Shown: positions 28,775 through 38,675, counted from the first letter of the stretch. The stretch: DNA of 64,000 bases from Porphyromonadaceae bacterium UBA7555 (GCA_002478045.1 DLLT01000008.1:1803-65802); one strand, 5' to 3'. A program made the numbers and translations. Notes: generated by a model from the sequence alone, not told the origin.

Positions 28775-29301
28775 CACGCCGATATATACACCTGCTGTAT
28801 ACCGTTCTGGGCTGCCTGCTGATGCTCGCGACAGTCTCCTCGTGCCGTATATCCTATAAGTTCAACGGCGCGGCATTGGACTACAACGTATACCACACGA
28901 TACGCGTCGGACAATTTCCGATACGTGCGGCACTGGTGTATGCGCCTTTGCAGCAGACTTTCGAGAACGAATTGACCGACTACATCGCGCGTAACACCCG
29001 CCTACAAACCACTGATGCGGGTAATGCCGACCTGTCCATAGAAGGCGAAATCACCGGCTACTCGCTGTCGCCGCAAGCCGTCACCGAAGATGCTTATGCC
29101 AGCCAGACCCGATTGACCATAAGTGTGCGCGTCAAGTACACCGATACGCGCAACGACGCCAACTCCGTCGACCAGACATTCTCGGCCTACCGCGACTTCA
29201 GCGCCACCGAATTACTTATCGACGTCCAAGACCAATTGTGCCAGGAAATATCCAAAGAACTTGTCGAACTGATATTTAACGCCACGCTCGGCAACTGGTA
29301 G
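28771..29301 (+). CDS. lptE: LPS-assembly lipoprotein LptE family
   Basis: 176 aa. Lipobox VSSC. Contains EGEITGYSLSPQAV...RLTISVRV and a C-terminal ...NATLGNW, typical of Bacteroidota LptE as I remember it. ATGA overlap with the activator gene. Confidence 0.8.
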   Translation: MTRRYIHLLYTVLGCLLMLATVSSCRISYKFNGAALDYNVYHTIRVGQFPIRAALVYAPLQQTFENELTDYIARNTRLQTTDAGNADLSIEGEITGYSLSPQAVTEDAYASQTRLTISVRVKYTDTRNDANSVDQTFSAYRDFSATELLIDVQDQLCQEISKELVELIFNATLGNW

Positions 29302-29383
29302 ACGGCGCTGACAAGCAGACGTACAGATAAATAACAGTAGAGATACACAATCATATAACCGTCTAATCGTACCATCCACAGCA

Positions 29384-30322
29384 ATGACCGACATCCGGAC
29401 ACCCATAGGCAACCTTCGTCCCTACTACATATATCCGCTGATAGTATACTTGCGTGACCACTATCGCGAATTGGACGATGAGACACGCCGTGCGCTGATG
29501 GCGCATGTGGCGATGCATAGTGCCGATCCGGCCGCCGTGTCCGCCCTCGCCGATATCCACGAAGACGCTTGGGGCTCGCTGTATCCGCGCGAGGACATGG
29601 TCACCCCCGGCACAACCGATACAATAGACAAATTCATCGCCACTTATGGACATTCTTCGGTCGAAGACGATGAACTGCTGGAACGGCTCATTCTCAATCC
29701 CACGCCGGACTATGGAACTATCTTGGCAGATGAAGATGCCAAGGACGAGAGTGCCGCGTCTTCCGCGCCTGACGCCACCGCAGCCGGCATCGAAGGCTTC
29801 CTGGACGCACACGGCGTTGCCGAAGCCATAAGAGCCAAAGTCACCGCCGAAGTGGCGGAAAGCAAGCCGTCCACCGCCCAACCCGCGGTCGAAACCATCC
29901 CGGCCGCCGCATCGGCCGTAGCCGCATCGGCCGAGCCTGCAACGGCACCGATCGCCGGTGAGCATACCCCGACCCTCACAGCCGATTTCGTAGAAAGTGA
30001 GGCGGCCGCCGACCGCGTCCCCACCACCATAGCCACCGAAACGGCCTCCCGGGCAAATACGCATACGGCCGAAGGTGCCGTCCCTGCTGCCGGCACGACA
30101 AAAAATTCGGGCAAAGACCAAACTCCGGCCTCATCGCTGAGCGAATCTTTGGCTAAAATTTACATCCGACAGGGCAGATATAGGCGTGCCTACGAAATAT
30201 TATCCGACTTAAATTTGAAAAATCCGGAAAAAAGTATTTACTTTGCAGACCAATTGCGCTTCTTGCGCAAAGTCATTAGCCTGCTTCCGCCCGAGCAAGA
30301 GGGCGAGGGTGGGGTAAGATGA
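29384..30322 (+). CDS. Hypothetical protein with a central Ala/Thr/Glu-rich low-complexity linker and a TPR-like C-terminus
   Basis: 312-aa ORF between lptE and secG. C-terminal helix pair SLAKIYIRQGRYRRAYEIL. The 252-aa opposite-strand ORF is Gly/Arg-rich shadow. Confidence 0.65.
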   Translation: MTDIRTPIGNLRPYYIYPLIVYLRDHYRELDDETRRALMAHVAMHSADPAAVSALADIHEDAWGSLYPREDMVTPGTTDTIDKFIATYGHSSVEDDELLERLILNPTPDYGTILADEDAKDESAASSAPDATAAGIEGFLDAHGVAEAIRAKVTAEVAESKPSTAQPAVETIPAAASAVAASAEPATAPIAGEHTPTLTADFVESEAAADRVPTTIATETASRANTHTAEGAVPAAGTTKNSGKDQTPASSLSESLAKIYIRQGRYRRAYEILSDLNLKNPEKSIYFADQLRFLRKVISLLPPEQEGEGGVR

Positions 30323-30381
30323 CCTTGCGGCAAGGCGTATTTGTGTGATATACAGTCAAAAAACATAACAACCAACATACA

Positions 30382-30759
30382 ATGTACATAGTATTTATAG
30401 TTCTCGTAGTAATCGTAGCAATCTTGCTTATCGGTATCGTACTCATTCAAAAGTCCAAGGGCGGCGGTCTGTCCTCGCAATTCGGCGCCGGCAACCAAGT
30501 TTTGGGTGTACGTGGTACCAATACCTTCCTTGAGAAGACCACTTGGACCTTAGCGGCACTCATCCTTGTGCTTTCCGTAGCCAGTGCATACACCATGCCC
30601 AAGCTTTCCGGCGAAAAGACACGTGTAAATACCGAAGCGGCAGCTCCCGCGCAGGGTGCTAACGCGTTCAACAATGCTCCGGCACAGAAAGCAGCTCCCG
30701 CTGCAGACAAAGCAGCTGCAACACCTGCAGCCGCAACCCCCGCAGCTGGCGAAAAATAA
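30382..30759 (+). CDS. secG: Preprotein translocase subunit SecG
   Basis: Contains LLIGIVLIQKSKGGGLSSQFG, a second TM, and an Ala/Pro-rich tail. Confidence 0.88.
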   Translation: MYIVFIVLVVIVAILLIGIVLIQKSKGGGLSSQFGAGNQVLGVRGTNTFLEKTTWTLAALILVLSVASAYTMPKLSGEKTRVNTEAAAPAQGANAFNNAPAQKAAPAADKAAATPAAATPAAGEK

Positions 30760-30816
30760 GCAGATTACTCCATATTTATATATACCGGGAGCGATGGAGC
30801 TTCCGACGGGCCTTAC

Positions 30817-30860
30817 AGGCCAATAGTTCCCGGACGGCTCTATTGGCCTAATGCCGTTTT
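30817..30860 (+). terminator. Hairpin after secG (possible terminator)
   Basis: A perfect 10-bp stem AGGCCAATAG/CTATTGGCCT with a 13-nt loop is followed by a short T-run (GCCGTTTT). Confidence 0.5.
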
Positions 30861-32198
30861 ATGACGACACACGATATGGATACAACACAACAAGGATTCG
30901 ACCGCAGCGACCTCGAGCATAAAGGATACAAGCGCAGCGACTTCGAACTGATGGCTCCCGTGGGATCATACGAGTCGCTACATGCCGCTATCGATGCCGG
31001 TGCCGATGCAGTATACCTCGGACTGGGAACGCTGAATATGCGAGCCCGCTCGAGCGTCAACTTCACTACGGACGACCTGCGCAGCATCACCGATACATGC
31101 CGTCAAGCACATGTCAAAGTGTACTTGACACTAAACACCGTGCTGTACGATGAAGATATGGACGCCGCGGCCGAAATATTGAGCAAAGCTCGGGAGTGCG
31201 GTGTCAGCGCTATCATAGCCGGTGATATAGCGGCCATACAAATGGCACGCGACCTCGGGTTGGAAGTGCACATATCCACGCAGTGCAACATCACCAATTA
31301 CCGTGCCCTGCGTTTCTATGCCCAATGGGCCGATACGGTCGTACTGGCACGCGAGCTAAACCTCGACCAGGTATATGCCATACATCGTCAGATCGAACGC
31401 GAAGACCTGCGCGGGCCTCATGGTGGGCAGGTGAAAATCGAAATGTTTTGCCACGGCGCGTTGTGCATGGCCGTTTCCGGCAAATGCTATATGAGTTTGC
31501 ATCAGATGGATAGCAGTGCCAATCGCGGTTCGTGTACCCAGATATGTCGTCGTGCCTACGACTTGACCGACCGCGATACGGGTCAGCAAATTACGATTGA
31601 CGGCAAGTATCTGATGTCGCCCAAGGATCTCAAAACCATACATTTCCTGAACAAGATGGTGGACGCCGGCGTGCGTGTGTTCAAAATCGAAGGACGCGCT
31701 CGCGGCCCCGAGTACGTACGCGAAGCCGTATCTTGCTACGATGCCGCCCTGCGCGCCATTTGCGACGGCACGTATGACGACAATCTCATAGCCCAATGGG
31801 ACGAGCGACTCGGACATATCTTTAACCGCGGCTTTTGGGACGGCTATTACCTCGGCCGCCGACTGGGCGAATGGTCCTCGCATTACGGATCATCGGCTAC
31901 GCGCAAAAAAGTGTATGCCGCACGTGCCACGCGCTACTTCCCGCGTCTCGGCGTAGCCGAGTTCAAGATGGAAGCCGGGACGCTGCGCCTCGGCGACGAA
32001 GTGGTCATCACCGGACCCACCACCGGCGCACTTATTAGCACCGTGCGAGAGATACACGGGGACGACGGGTCGCCCGTAGAGGCCATAGATCGAGGACACG
32101 ACTTTGCCATAGCCGTGCCGGCCAAAGTGCGTCCCGGCGACCGCCTGTACCTTTGGGAAGTGGTGGATAAAGAAAATCCACGACATCCGCGTTTCTAA
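30861..32198 (+). CDS. Peptidase U32 family protein
   Basis: Contains ELMAPVGSYESLHAAIDAGADAVYLG and the Cys cluster CHGALCMAVSGKC...C. Confidence 0.9.
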   Translation: MTTHDMDTTQQGFDRSDLEHKGYKRSDFELMAPVGSYESLHAAIDAGADAVYLGLGTLNMRARSSVNFTTDDLRSITDTCRQAHVKVYLTLNTVLYDEDMDAAAEILSKARECGVSAIIAGDIAAIQMARDLGLEVHISTQCNITNYRALRFYAQWADTVVLARELNLDQVYAIHRQIEREDLRGPHGGQVKIEMFCHGALCMAVSGKCYMSLHQMDSSANRGSCTQICRRAYDLTDRDTGQQITIDGKYLMSPKDLKTIHFLNKMVDAGVRVFKIEGRARGPEYVREAVSCYDAALRAICDGTYDDNLIAQWDERLGHIFNRGFWDGYYLGRRLGEWSSHYGSSATRKKVYAARATRYFPRLGVAEFKMEAGTLRLGDEVVITGPTTGALISTVREIHGDDGSPVEAIDRGHDFAIAVPAKVRPGDRLYLWEVVDKENPRHPRF

Positions 32199-32218
32199 TT
32201 CAAAAAACTGCCAATACG

Positions 32219-32515
32219 ATGAGCAACAAGACCATAGACTGGTGCCGCCGCTTTCTGTCCGTGTCTGCGATACTGATAATAGGCGTTGTAATATACATAG
32301 TTTTCATACAAGAAAATTCGGTGACACGCATATATCACAATCAGACGGTCATTGACAGCCTGCAAATGGAGATAGCGCGGTGTAATGACACATTGGCGAA
32401 GTATAAGGAGCTAAATCGCCGCTTGGACTGTGGCGACGGACTCACCATCGAACGCATCGTCCGCGAGCAGTACGACATGAGCCTGCCCAACGAGGATGTC
32501 TATGTGTTCAAATAA
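32219..32515 (+). CDS. Septum formation initiator (FtsB/DivIC-like) protein
   Basis: 98 aa. One N-terminal TM, a short coiled coil, and C-terminal ERIVREQYDMSLPNEDVY. Confidence 0.75.
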   Translation: MSNKTIDWCRRFLSVSAILIIGVVIYIVFIQENSVTRIYHNQTVIDSLQMEIARCNDTLAKYKELNRRLDCGDGLTIERIVREQYDMSLPNEDVYVFK

Positions 32516-32578
32516 ATCTTTCCCGGCAGTCGTAATGCCTAATCGGCAGTACGAAAACTTGACTAATAAATTCGAAAT

Positions 32579-32941
32579 ATGAAAAGACAAAAAATAGCAA
32601 ATATTCTTTCCGGAACAGCATTGATCATCATCGCAGTAGGTGTACTTATGCCCTTGGTAACAGGTCCCGGGAGCACCATCTATCGCTATGTATTCAGTGT
32701 GGGCGCCGTTATGCTGCTTGTGGGTCGTATCTTGGACAAATACACGGGCGATGTATTCCGTGTACGTCGTCTATATGTCATCCAGCGATGGAGTGCCCTG
32801 TTCCAGTGTGCCGCCGCTTTCTTTATGTTCTATTCGATAGATCCGCGAGACTGGCTTGTGTTTGTACTTGCCGGAGCCGTACTGCAGTTGTACGTATCCA
32901 TTATGGTACCTGTCGCCATCCGTAAGGCGGGGAAGAAGTAG
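32579..32941 (+). CDS. Hypothetical 4-TM membrane protein
   Basis: 120-aa ORF with four hydrophobic segments. I recognise no motif. Confidence 0.6.
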   Translation: MKRQKIANILSGTALIIIAVGVLMPLVTGPGSTIYRYVFSVGAVMLLVGRILDKYTGDVFRVRRLYVIQRWSALFQCAAAFFMFYSIDPRDWLVFVLAGAVLQLYVSIMVPVAIRKAGKK

Positions 32942-32981
32942 ACACACATCTTCCGACTTAGTGCGGCAGAATCTTTGACAT

Positions 32982-33038
32982 AACGCCGTCATCTTCGGCA
33001 GGTAATCGGCCGCCGATGGTGACGGCGTTTTTGTTTTG
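32982..33038 (+). terminator. Intrinsic terminator
   Basis: An outer 10-bp stem AACGCCGTCA/TGACGGCGTT encloses an imperfect inner helix and is followed by TTTGTTTTG. Confidence 0.65.
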
Positions 33039-33298
33039 CGTTGTTAGACTTTTGCATAGGTAAGAGTAGAGACAGTCGTGCGTTTTCGGTCTACATCTGC
33101 GAACGTGCACGCTAAACGAACGGCACGTTTGGGTATCGTGTGATTTTTCTCGAAAAAGAAATGGCGTGTCGGCGTGTGTATGTCGGAAAAATTGCGTAAA
33201 TTCGTGGCACACTTCACGCGCGCAAGCGCGAGGGGGAGGGCGGGGCACGACCCGGCTTCGCCGAATTTTAGATGTAATATTATCCTAAGCTCCTTATA

Positions 33299-35242
33299 AT
33301 GAGTTATCTGAAGTTTGATAAGAACCTACTGATAAATCTTGACCAATCCTTGTCCAAGGAAATGCTGCGTACCAATCGTGCCGGGGCATACCACTGCACC
33401 ACGCTCGTGGGCTGCAACACCCGCAAGCAGCACGGCCTTTTGGTGATACCCATACCCGAGATGGACTACCGACCGCATGTACTTCTGTCATCGCTTGACG
33501 AGACGGTGATACAGCATGGCGCGCCGTTCAATCTTGGCATCCACCGCTACAAAGGCGGCGTATACAGCCCCAACGGGCATAAGTATATACGCGAATTTGA
33601 TTGTGAGAGCGTTCCTCGCACCACCTATCGCGTGGGCGGAGTCATCCTCACCAAAGAAAAGATTTTTATCACAGACGAAAATCGTATACTCATCCGCTAC
33701 ACCCTTGTGGAGGCCCATTCGCCGACAACGCTGCAGTTTCGCCCGTTCCTTGCTTTCCGCGATTCCAACGCCTTGGTAATGGCCAATGATGCTATCAATA
33801 AGACAATCACGCCGGTAGATAACGGCATCGCCACCTGTCTGTATGCAGGCTTCCCAACGTTGTATATGCAGTTTTCACATAAGCCGACATGGGTGAACCA
33901 ACCCAACTGGTACCGCGATATCGAATATTACAAAGATCTGGAACGTCAGGTGCCGTACGTCGAGGATCTCTGGGTACCCGGATACTTCGAGCTGCCAATC
34001 AAAAAAGGCGAGAGCATCATCTTCAGTGCCGGAGTCAGCGAGGCTCGTCCTCGTCAGTTGGCCAAGATGTACACCGCCGAGATAGCGCTGCGCACGCCGC
34101 GTACATCCTTCTTCAATTGCTTGAAGAACTCGGCCAAGCAATTTTATCTGCGTCGCAACGGCAAGTTATATGTGCTCTCGGGTTATCCCTGGGGCATAGT
34201 GCTGGCACGTAACACCTTTATGGCCGCACCGGGCATCACTCTTGCCATAGACCATGAGAAAGACTTCAATGAAATTATGTCAACGGCCCTGTCGGCGTTG
34301 AACCGCTTTATGGACAGCGGCGTCGAAGACGACACCATCACCGGAATATCGCTGCCCGATATCCCGCTATGGGCCGTATGGGCAATACAGCAGTATGGCA
34401 AGCTCTATCCCGAGGATTGTCTTGAACGTTACGGCGAAGAAGTGCGCCGCATCGTTGACTATATTCTTGACAATAAACATCCCAATCTACAATTCAATGC
34501 CACTGACGGCATGGTGACCACCGATGGCGCCGATACACCCGTATCGTGGATGAACGGCGTGGTTGACGACCGCCCCGTAAATCCTCGAACCGGATACCTC
34601 GTAGAATTCAATGCTCTATGGTATAATGCACTGCGTTATGCCCTTGCATTGACGCCCGATGATGATGCGCATTCCGAACGCCGTCAACGTTGGAGCGATG
34701 CCGCTGCGCTGATGGACAGCACCTTCCCGGCCAAATTCCTCAACGAATGGGGGTATATGTACGACTACGTCAACGGCAACTATTCCGACCCGTCGGTACG
34801 TCCCAATATGGCCGTCGCCATCGGTGTCGAATATAGTCCCCTAAGCCGTCGTCAGCGCAAGAGCGTGCTCGATGTGGTTACGCGCGAGTTGCTGACATCC
34901 AAGGGTCTGCGTACGCTGTCGCCCAAGAGCTACGGCTATCGTCCGGTATATCTCGGCAACGAACGCGAACGCGAATTGACGCTGCATCAAGGTCCGGCAC
35001 GCCCCTGGCTGATGGGCTTCTATGCCAACGCCTACCTCAAAGTATTCGGCATGAGCGGCGTGTCCTACATAGATCGGATGCTTATCGGCTTCGAGGAAGA
35101 AATGTCCTGGGGTTGCATAGGGTCATTGAGTCAGATGTACGATGCCAATCCGCCCTTCCTGGGCCGCGGAGCCATATCGCACGCCACCAACGTAGGCGAA
35201 GTACTGCACACCCTGCGTATGCTCAAACGTATGAGCCTTTGA
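33299..35242 (+). CDS. Glycogen debranching enzyme family protein (GDE N-terminal plus amylo-alpha-1,6-glucosidase domains)
   Basis: 647 aa. Starts MSYLKFDKN...NRAGAYHCTTLVGCNTRKQHGLLV. Resembles Bacteroides glycogen debranching proteins, and sits with GT4 and GH57 genes. Confidence 0.88.
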   Translation: MSYLKFDKNLLINLDQSLSKEMLRTNRAGAYHCTTLVGCNTRKQHGLLVIPIPEMDYRPHVLLSSLDETVIQHGAPFNLGIHRYKGGVYSPNGHKYIREFDCESVPRTTYRVGGVILTKEKIFITDENRILIRYTLVEAHSPTTLQFRPFLAFRDSNALVMANDAINKTITPVDNGIATCLYAGFPTLYMQFSHKPTWVNQPNWYRDIEYYKDLERQVPYVEDLWVPGYFELPIKKGESIIFSAGVSEARPRQLAKMYTAEIALRTPRTSFFNCLKNSAKQFYLRRNGKLYVLSGYPWGIVLARNTFMAAPGITLAIDHEKDFNEIMSTALSALNRFMDSGVEDDTITGISLPDIPLWAVWAIQQYGKLYPEDCLERYGEEVRRIVDYILDNKHPNLQFNATDGMVTTDGADTPVSWMNGVVDDRPVNPRTGYLVEFNALWYNALRYALALTPDDDAHSERRQRWSDAAALMDSTFPAKFLNEWGYMYDYVNGNYSDPSVRPNMAVAIGVEYSPLSRRQRKSVLDVVTRELLTSKGLRTLSPKSYGYRPVYLGNERERELTLHQGPARPWLMGFYANAYLKVFGMSGVSYIDRMLIGFEEEMSWGCIGSLSQMYDANPPFLGRGAISHATNVGEVLHTLRMLKRMSL

Positions 35243-35303
35243 ACATTCGGCTACTGAGAAAGACAATGAAACACCAAACCATAAAAAACCATAAATCCGA
35301 TAT

Positions 35304-36563
35304 ATGAGAGCCTTAATGTTCGGATGGGAATTTCCCCCGCACATCCTTGGCGGCTTGGGTACGGCCAGCTACGGACTTACACGTGGTATGGCCTCCTGCG
35401 GCGATATTGACATCACTTTCGTGATACCCAAACCGTGGGGCGACGAAGACCGTTCGTTTGCGCACATCATAGGCGCCTCGCAGGTGCCCGTGGCATGGCG
35501 TGAGACTTCGCGAGAATATGTAGAAGGACGCATAGGACGACTGATGGATCCCGAATTATACTTCCGTTTGCGCGACCATATTTATGCCGACTTCAACTAT
35601 ATGCGCACCAACGACCTGGGTTGCATCGAATTCTCAGGACGCTATCCCGACAACCTTCTCGAGGAAATCAACAACTACTCAATTACGGCGGGAGTGATAG
35701 CGCGTACCCTCGATTTTGATATCATTCACAGCCACGACTGGTTGACATATCCGGCCGGCATACATGCCAAGCAGGTGACAGGCAAACCGTTGGTGATACA
35801 CGTACATGCCACCGACTATGACCGCAGCCGAGGCAACGTAAATCCCACCGTGTTCAATATCGAGCGCGACGGTATGCTTCACGCCGACCATATCATCACC
35901 GTAAGCAACCTCACGCGCAACACCGTCATAGACAAATACGGTATAGACCCGGCTAAGGTGACCACCGTACACAATGCCGTCATACCGCTGGACAAAGAAA
36001 TCTTGGACATCAAGGTGCCTCGCCCCAAGGAAAAAGTCGTGACCTTCCTGGGTCGTATCACGATGCAGAAAGGCCCCGAGTATTTTGTCGAGGCTGCCGT
36101 CAAGGTGCTCAAGAACAATCACAACGTCCGCTTTGTCATGGCCGGCAGCGGCGATATGATGGACGCGATGATCGAATTGGCGGCACGCCGCGGCATAGCC
36201 GATCGCTTCCATTTTCCCGGATTTCAGAAAGGCCGTCAGGTGTACGAGATGCTTAGTGCCTCGGACGTCTACATCATGCCCTCCGTGTCCGAGCCCTTCG
36301 GCATTTCGCCCTTGGAGGCTATGCAAATGGGAGTACCCTCCATTATATCCAAGCAGAGCGGATGCGCCGAAATCCTGCACTATGTCATCAAAACCGACTA
36401 CTGGGATATAGACGCCATGGCCGATGCCATCAATGCCATAGTTTCGTACCCATCGATGCATACCTATCTGCGTGAACAAGGCATCAAGGAGGTATCCCAA
36501 ATCACATGGGATAAGGCCGGGCGCAAGGTGATAGATATTTACCATAAAGTCCTCGGCTGGTAG
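35304..36563 (+). CDS. Glycosyltransferase family 4 (glycogen-synthase-like)
   Basis: Contains FPPHILGGLGTA, and a GT-B C-terminal domain with PSVSEPFGISPLEAM. Confidence 0.9.
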   Translation: MRALMFGWEFPPHILGGLGTASYGLTRGMASCGDIDITFVIPKPWGDEDRSFAHIIGASQVPVAWRETSREYVEGRIGRLMDPELYFRLRDHIYADFNYMRTNDLGCIEFSGRYPDNLLEEINNYSITAGVIARTLDFDIIHSHDWLTYPAGIHAKQVTGKPLVIHVHATDYDRSRGNVNPTVFNIERDGMLHADHIITVSNLTRNTVIDKYGIDPAKVTTVHNAVIPLDKEILDIKVPRPKEKVVTFLGRITMQKGPEYFVEAAVKVLKNNHNVRFVMAGSGDMMDAMIELAARRGIADRFHFPGFQKGRQVYEMLSASDVYIMPSVSEPFGISPLEAMQMGVPSIISKQSGCAEILHYVIKTDYWDIDAMADAINAIVSYPSMHTYLREQGIKEVSQITWDKAGRKVIDIYHKVLGW

Positions 36564-36630
36564 CCCCATCGCGGAAATCCTAAATTTTATAGATATAATA
36601 ACCGGACCACAGCGTCACACCATACATATT

Positions 36631-38085
36631 ATGAAAGCAATTTCGCTGAATTTCGAAATCCATCAGCCTATGCGCCTCAAGCGCTACCGCTTCTTCGACA
36701 TAGGCAACGATCATTACTATTATGATGACTTCCTCAATGACGACATAATTACCGGACTGGCCAATCGCAGCTACCTTCCGGCGGCACGTGTGCTTTTGGA
36801 AATGATGGAGGACAAGAACAACCCATTCAAGTGCTCCATAGCCATAAGCGGTATCGCCATCGAGCAATTCGAGCAGTATGTGCCCGAGATGATAGACGCC
36901 CTACGCCGACTGGCAGATACCGGACGTGTCGAATTTCTGGCTCAGCCCTATGCTCATTCGCTGGCGTCATTGACCGATCCTGAAGAATTTGCCGAGCAGG
37001 TGAAAATACAGTGCGACCGTATAGAAGAGCTTTTCGGCCAACGTCCGACGGTGATGCGCAACACCGAGTTCCTATACAGCGACGATATAGCTCCACAGAT
37101 AGCCGCTATGGGCTTCAAAGGCGTGCTTACCGAGGGTGCCAAGCATATCTTAGGCTGGCGCTCGCCCAACTATGTTTACAGCGCCGAAACAGCGCCGAAA
37201 CTCAAAGTGTTGATGCGTAATGCCAAACTTTCGGACGACATCTGCTTCCGCTTTACCGACACCTCTTGGGACGCATATCCCCTGACGGCGGACAAGTATA
37301 TGGATTGGGTTGCGGCCACTCCCGAGGAAGAACAGATTGTCAACCTGTGCATGAACCTGGATACTTTCGGCGGACTGCAAAGCGGCGACAGCGGCATTTT
37401 TGATTTTCTTAAAGCTTTGCCGCGTTTTGCTACAGAAAGAAGGATCACCTTTGCCACACCTTCCGAGGTCGTGCGCAAGATCAAGGCCGTAGCACCCGTG
37501 ACCGTCGTCCATCCTATCAGCGATGCCGATGAGGCACGCGATACCTCGGCATGGTTGGGCAACGAATTACAGAACGAAGCCTTCCGTAAGTTGTATTCCG
37601 TAGCCGAGCGCGTACGCCTGTGCGATGATCGCCGCCTCAAACAGGACTGGATATATCTGCAAGCCAGCGATCACTTCTATTATATGTCCACCAAGCACCT
37701 CGCCGATGGTGCCGTGCACTCGCTGTTCTCGCCTTACGAGACGCCGTTTGCGGCATTCACCAACTATATGAATGTCCTCGCAGACTTCATTGTACGTGTC
37801 GAGGAGCAATACCCTATGAGCGTAGACAATGAGGAACTGAATTCGCTGCTCACCACTATCCGCAATCAGGAGCGCGAAATAGAGATGCTCAATAAGGAAG
37901 TGGCCTCCATGCGCAAGAATATCGAACACTTCAACGAAGAGCATGCCCTTCGTGAACCACAAAAACCTGTCTCCGTCAAGGATGATAAGGCCGAGAAATC
38001 GGCCAAGTCGGGCAACGCCGCCAAGACGTCTCAAACTGTAAATACAACCAAGACTACAACATCAATAAAAATCGAGAAGAAATGA
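36631..38085 (+). CDS. Glycoside hydrolase family 57 (alpha-amylase type)
   Basis: Starts LNFEIHQPMRLKRYRFFDIG, with a GH57-like core and a coiled/basic C-terminal tail. Confidence 0.9.
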   Translation: MKAISLNFEIHQPMRLKRYRFFDIGNDHYYYDDFLNDDIITGLANRSYLPAARVLLEMMEDKNNPFKCSIAISGIAIEQFEQYVPEMIDALRRLADTGRVEFLAQPYAHSLASLTDPEEFAEQVKIQCDRIEELFGQRPTVMRNTEFLYSDDIAPQIAAMGFKGVLTEGAKHILGWRSPNYVYSAETAPKLKVLMRNAKLSDDICFRFTDTSWDAYPLTADKYMDWVAATPEEEQIVNLCMNLDTFGGLQSGDSGIFDFLKALPRFATERRITFATPSEVVRKIKAVAPVTVVHPISDADEARDTSAWLGNELQNEAFRKLYSVAERVRLCDDRRLKQDWIYLQASDHFYYMSTKHLADGAVHSLFSPYETPFAAFTNYMNVLADFIVRVEEQYPMSVDNEELNSLLTTIRNQEREIEMLNKEVASMRKNIEHFNEEHALREPQKPVSVKDDKAEKSAKSGNAAKTSQTVNTTKTTTSIKIEKK

Positions 38086-38675
38086 TTTGTCGACTTACAG
38101 TACTTATGTGTGCTCTGGCCATACTACCCTTGGCCTATGCCGGAACACCGGCTACGGATGCCGAGTCCGTGCTACATTGTATATCTACCCGTGCCAGTGT
38201 GCGCCAATATACGTCTGCCGAGGTCGGAGACGCAACAGTGGATACTCTCCTGCGTGCCGCTATGTCTGCTCCTACGGCTGTCAATCGTCAACCTTGGGCT
38301 TTCGTCGTCGTGCGCGACTCCGCACTCCGTGCAACGCTTGCCAAGGCATTGCCCAATGCCGGCAGTAAACTGACCAATGCTTCGGTTGCAATAGTCGTAT
38401 GCGGCGATAGCACGCGTATGCTCAAACAGAGACCCGAGTTCTGGGTTCAGGATTGCAGCGCAGCCACCGAGAACCTGCTATTGGCTGCTCATGCATGTGG
38501 GCTCGGTGCGGTATGGTGCGGCTTGTATCCCGATATGGATAGAACTCGAACCGCGCAAACTCTCTTGGGCCTCGACAAACGATATGTCCCGCTGTGTATC
38601 ATCCCCGTTGGCTATCCTGCTGCTCCCGTAGCGCCCAAGGATAAGTATCGCGAGGATGCGATAATACGAAGATGA
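38082..38675 (+). CDS. Nitroreductase family protein with a signal-peptide-like N-terminus
   Basis: ATGA overlap with the GH57 stop. The hydrophobic leader MICRLTVLMCALAILPLAYA is followed by TRASVRQY...APTAVNRQPW. Confidence 0.85.
   Translation: MICRLTVLMCALAILPLAYAGTPATDAESVLHCISTRASVRQYTSAEVGDATVDTLLRAAMSAPTAVNRQPWAFVVVRDSALRATLAKALPNAGSKLTNASVAIVVCGDSTRMLKQRPEFWVQDCSAATENLLLAAHACGLGAVWCGLYPDMDRTRTAQTLLGLDKRYVPLCIIPVGYPAAPVAPKDKYREDAIIRR

Noticed and set aside
33232-33245. G-rich run GGGGGAGGGCGGGG as a potential G-quadruplex.
   Set aside because: There are only three G-runs of three or more, and no fourth run within loop distance.
35679-36569. Long antisense or out-of-frame ORFs inside well-supported genes. 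Examples: 35679-36569(-), 42984-43901(-), 40791-41618(-), 16284-17189(-), 19633-20490(-), 53703-54662(+), 54804-55589(+), 29363-30121(-), 15038-15889(-).
   Set aside because: Each lies wholly within a gene that has clear family motifs on the other strand or in another frame. Their translations are Arg/Gly/Ala/His-rich low-complexity sequence with no motifs, which is typical shadow ORF behaviour in GC-rich DNA.
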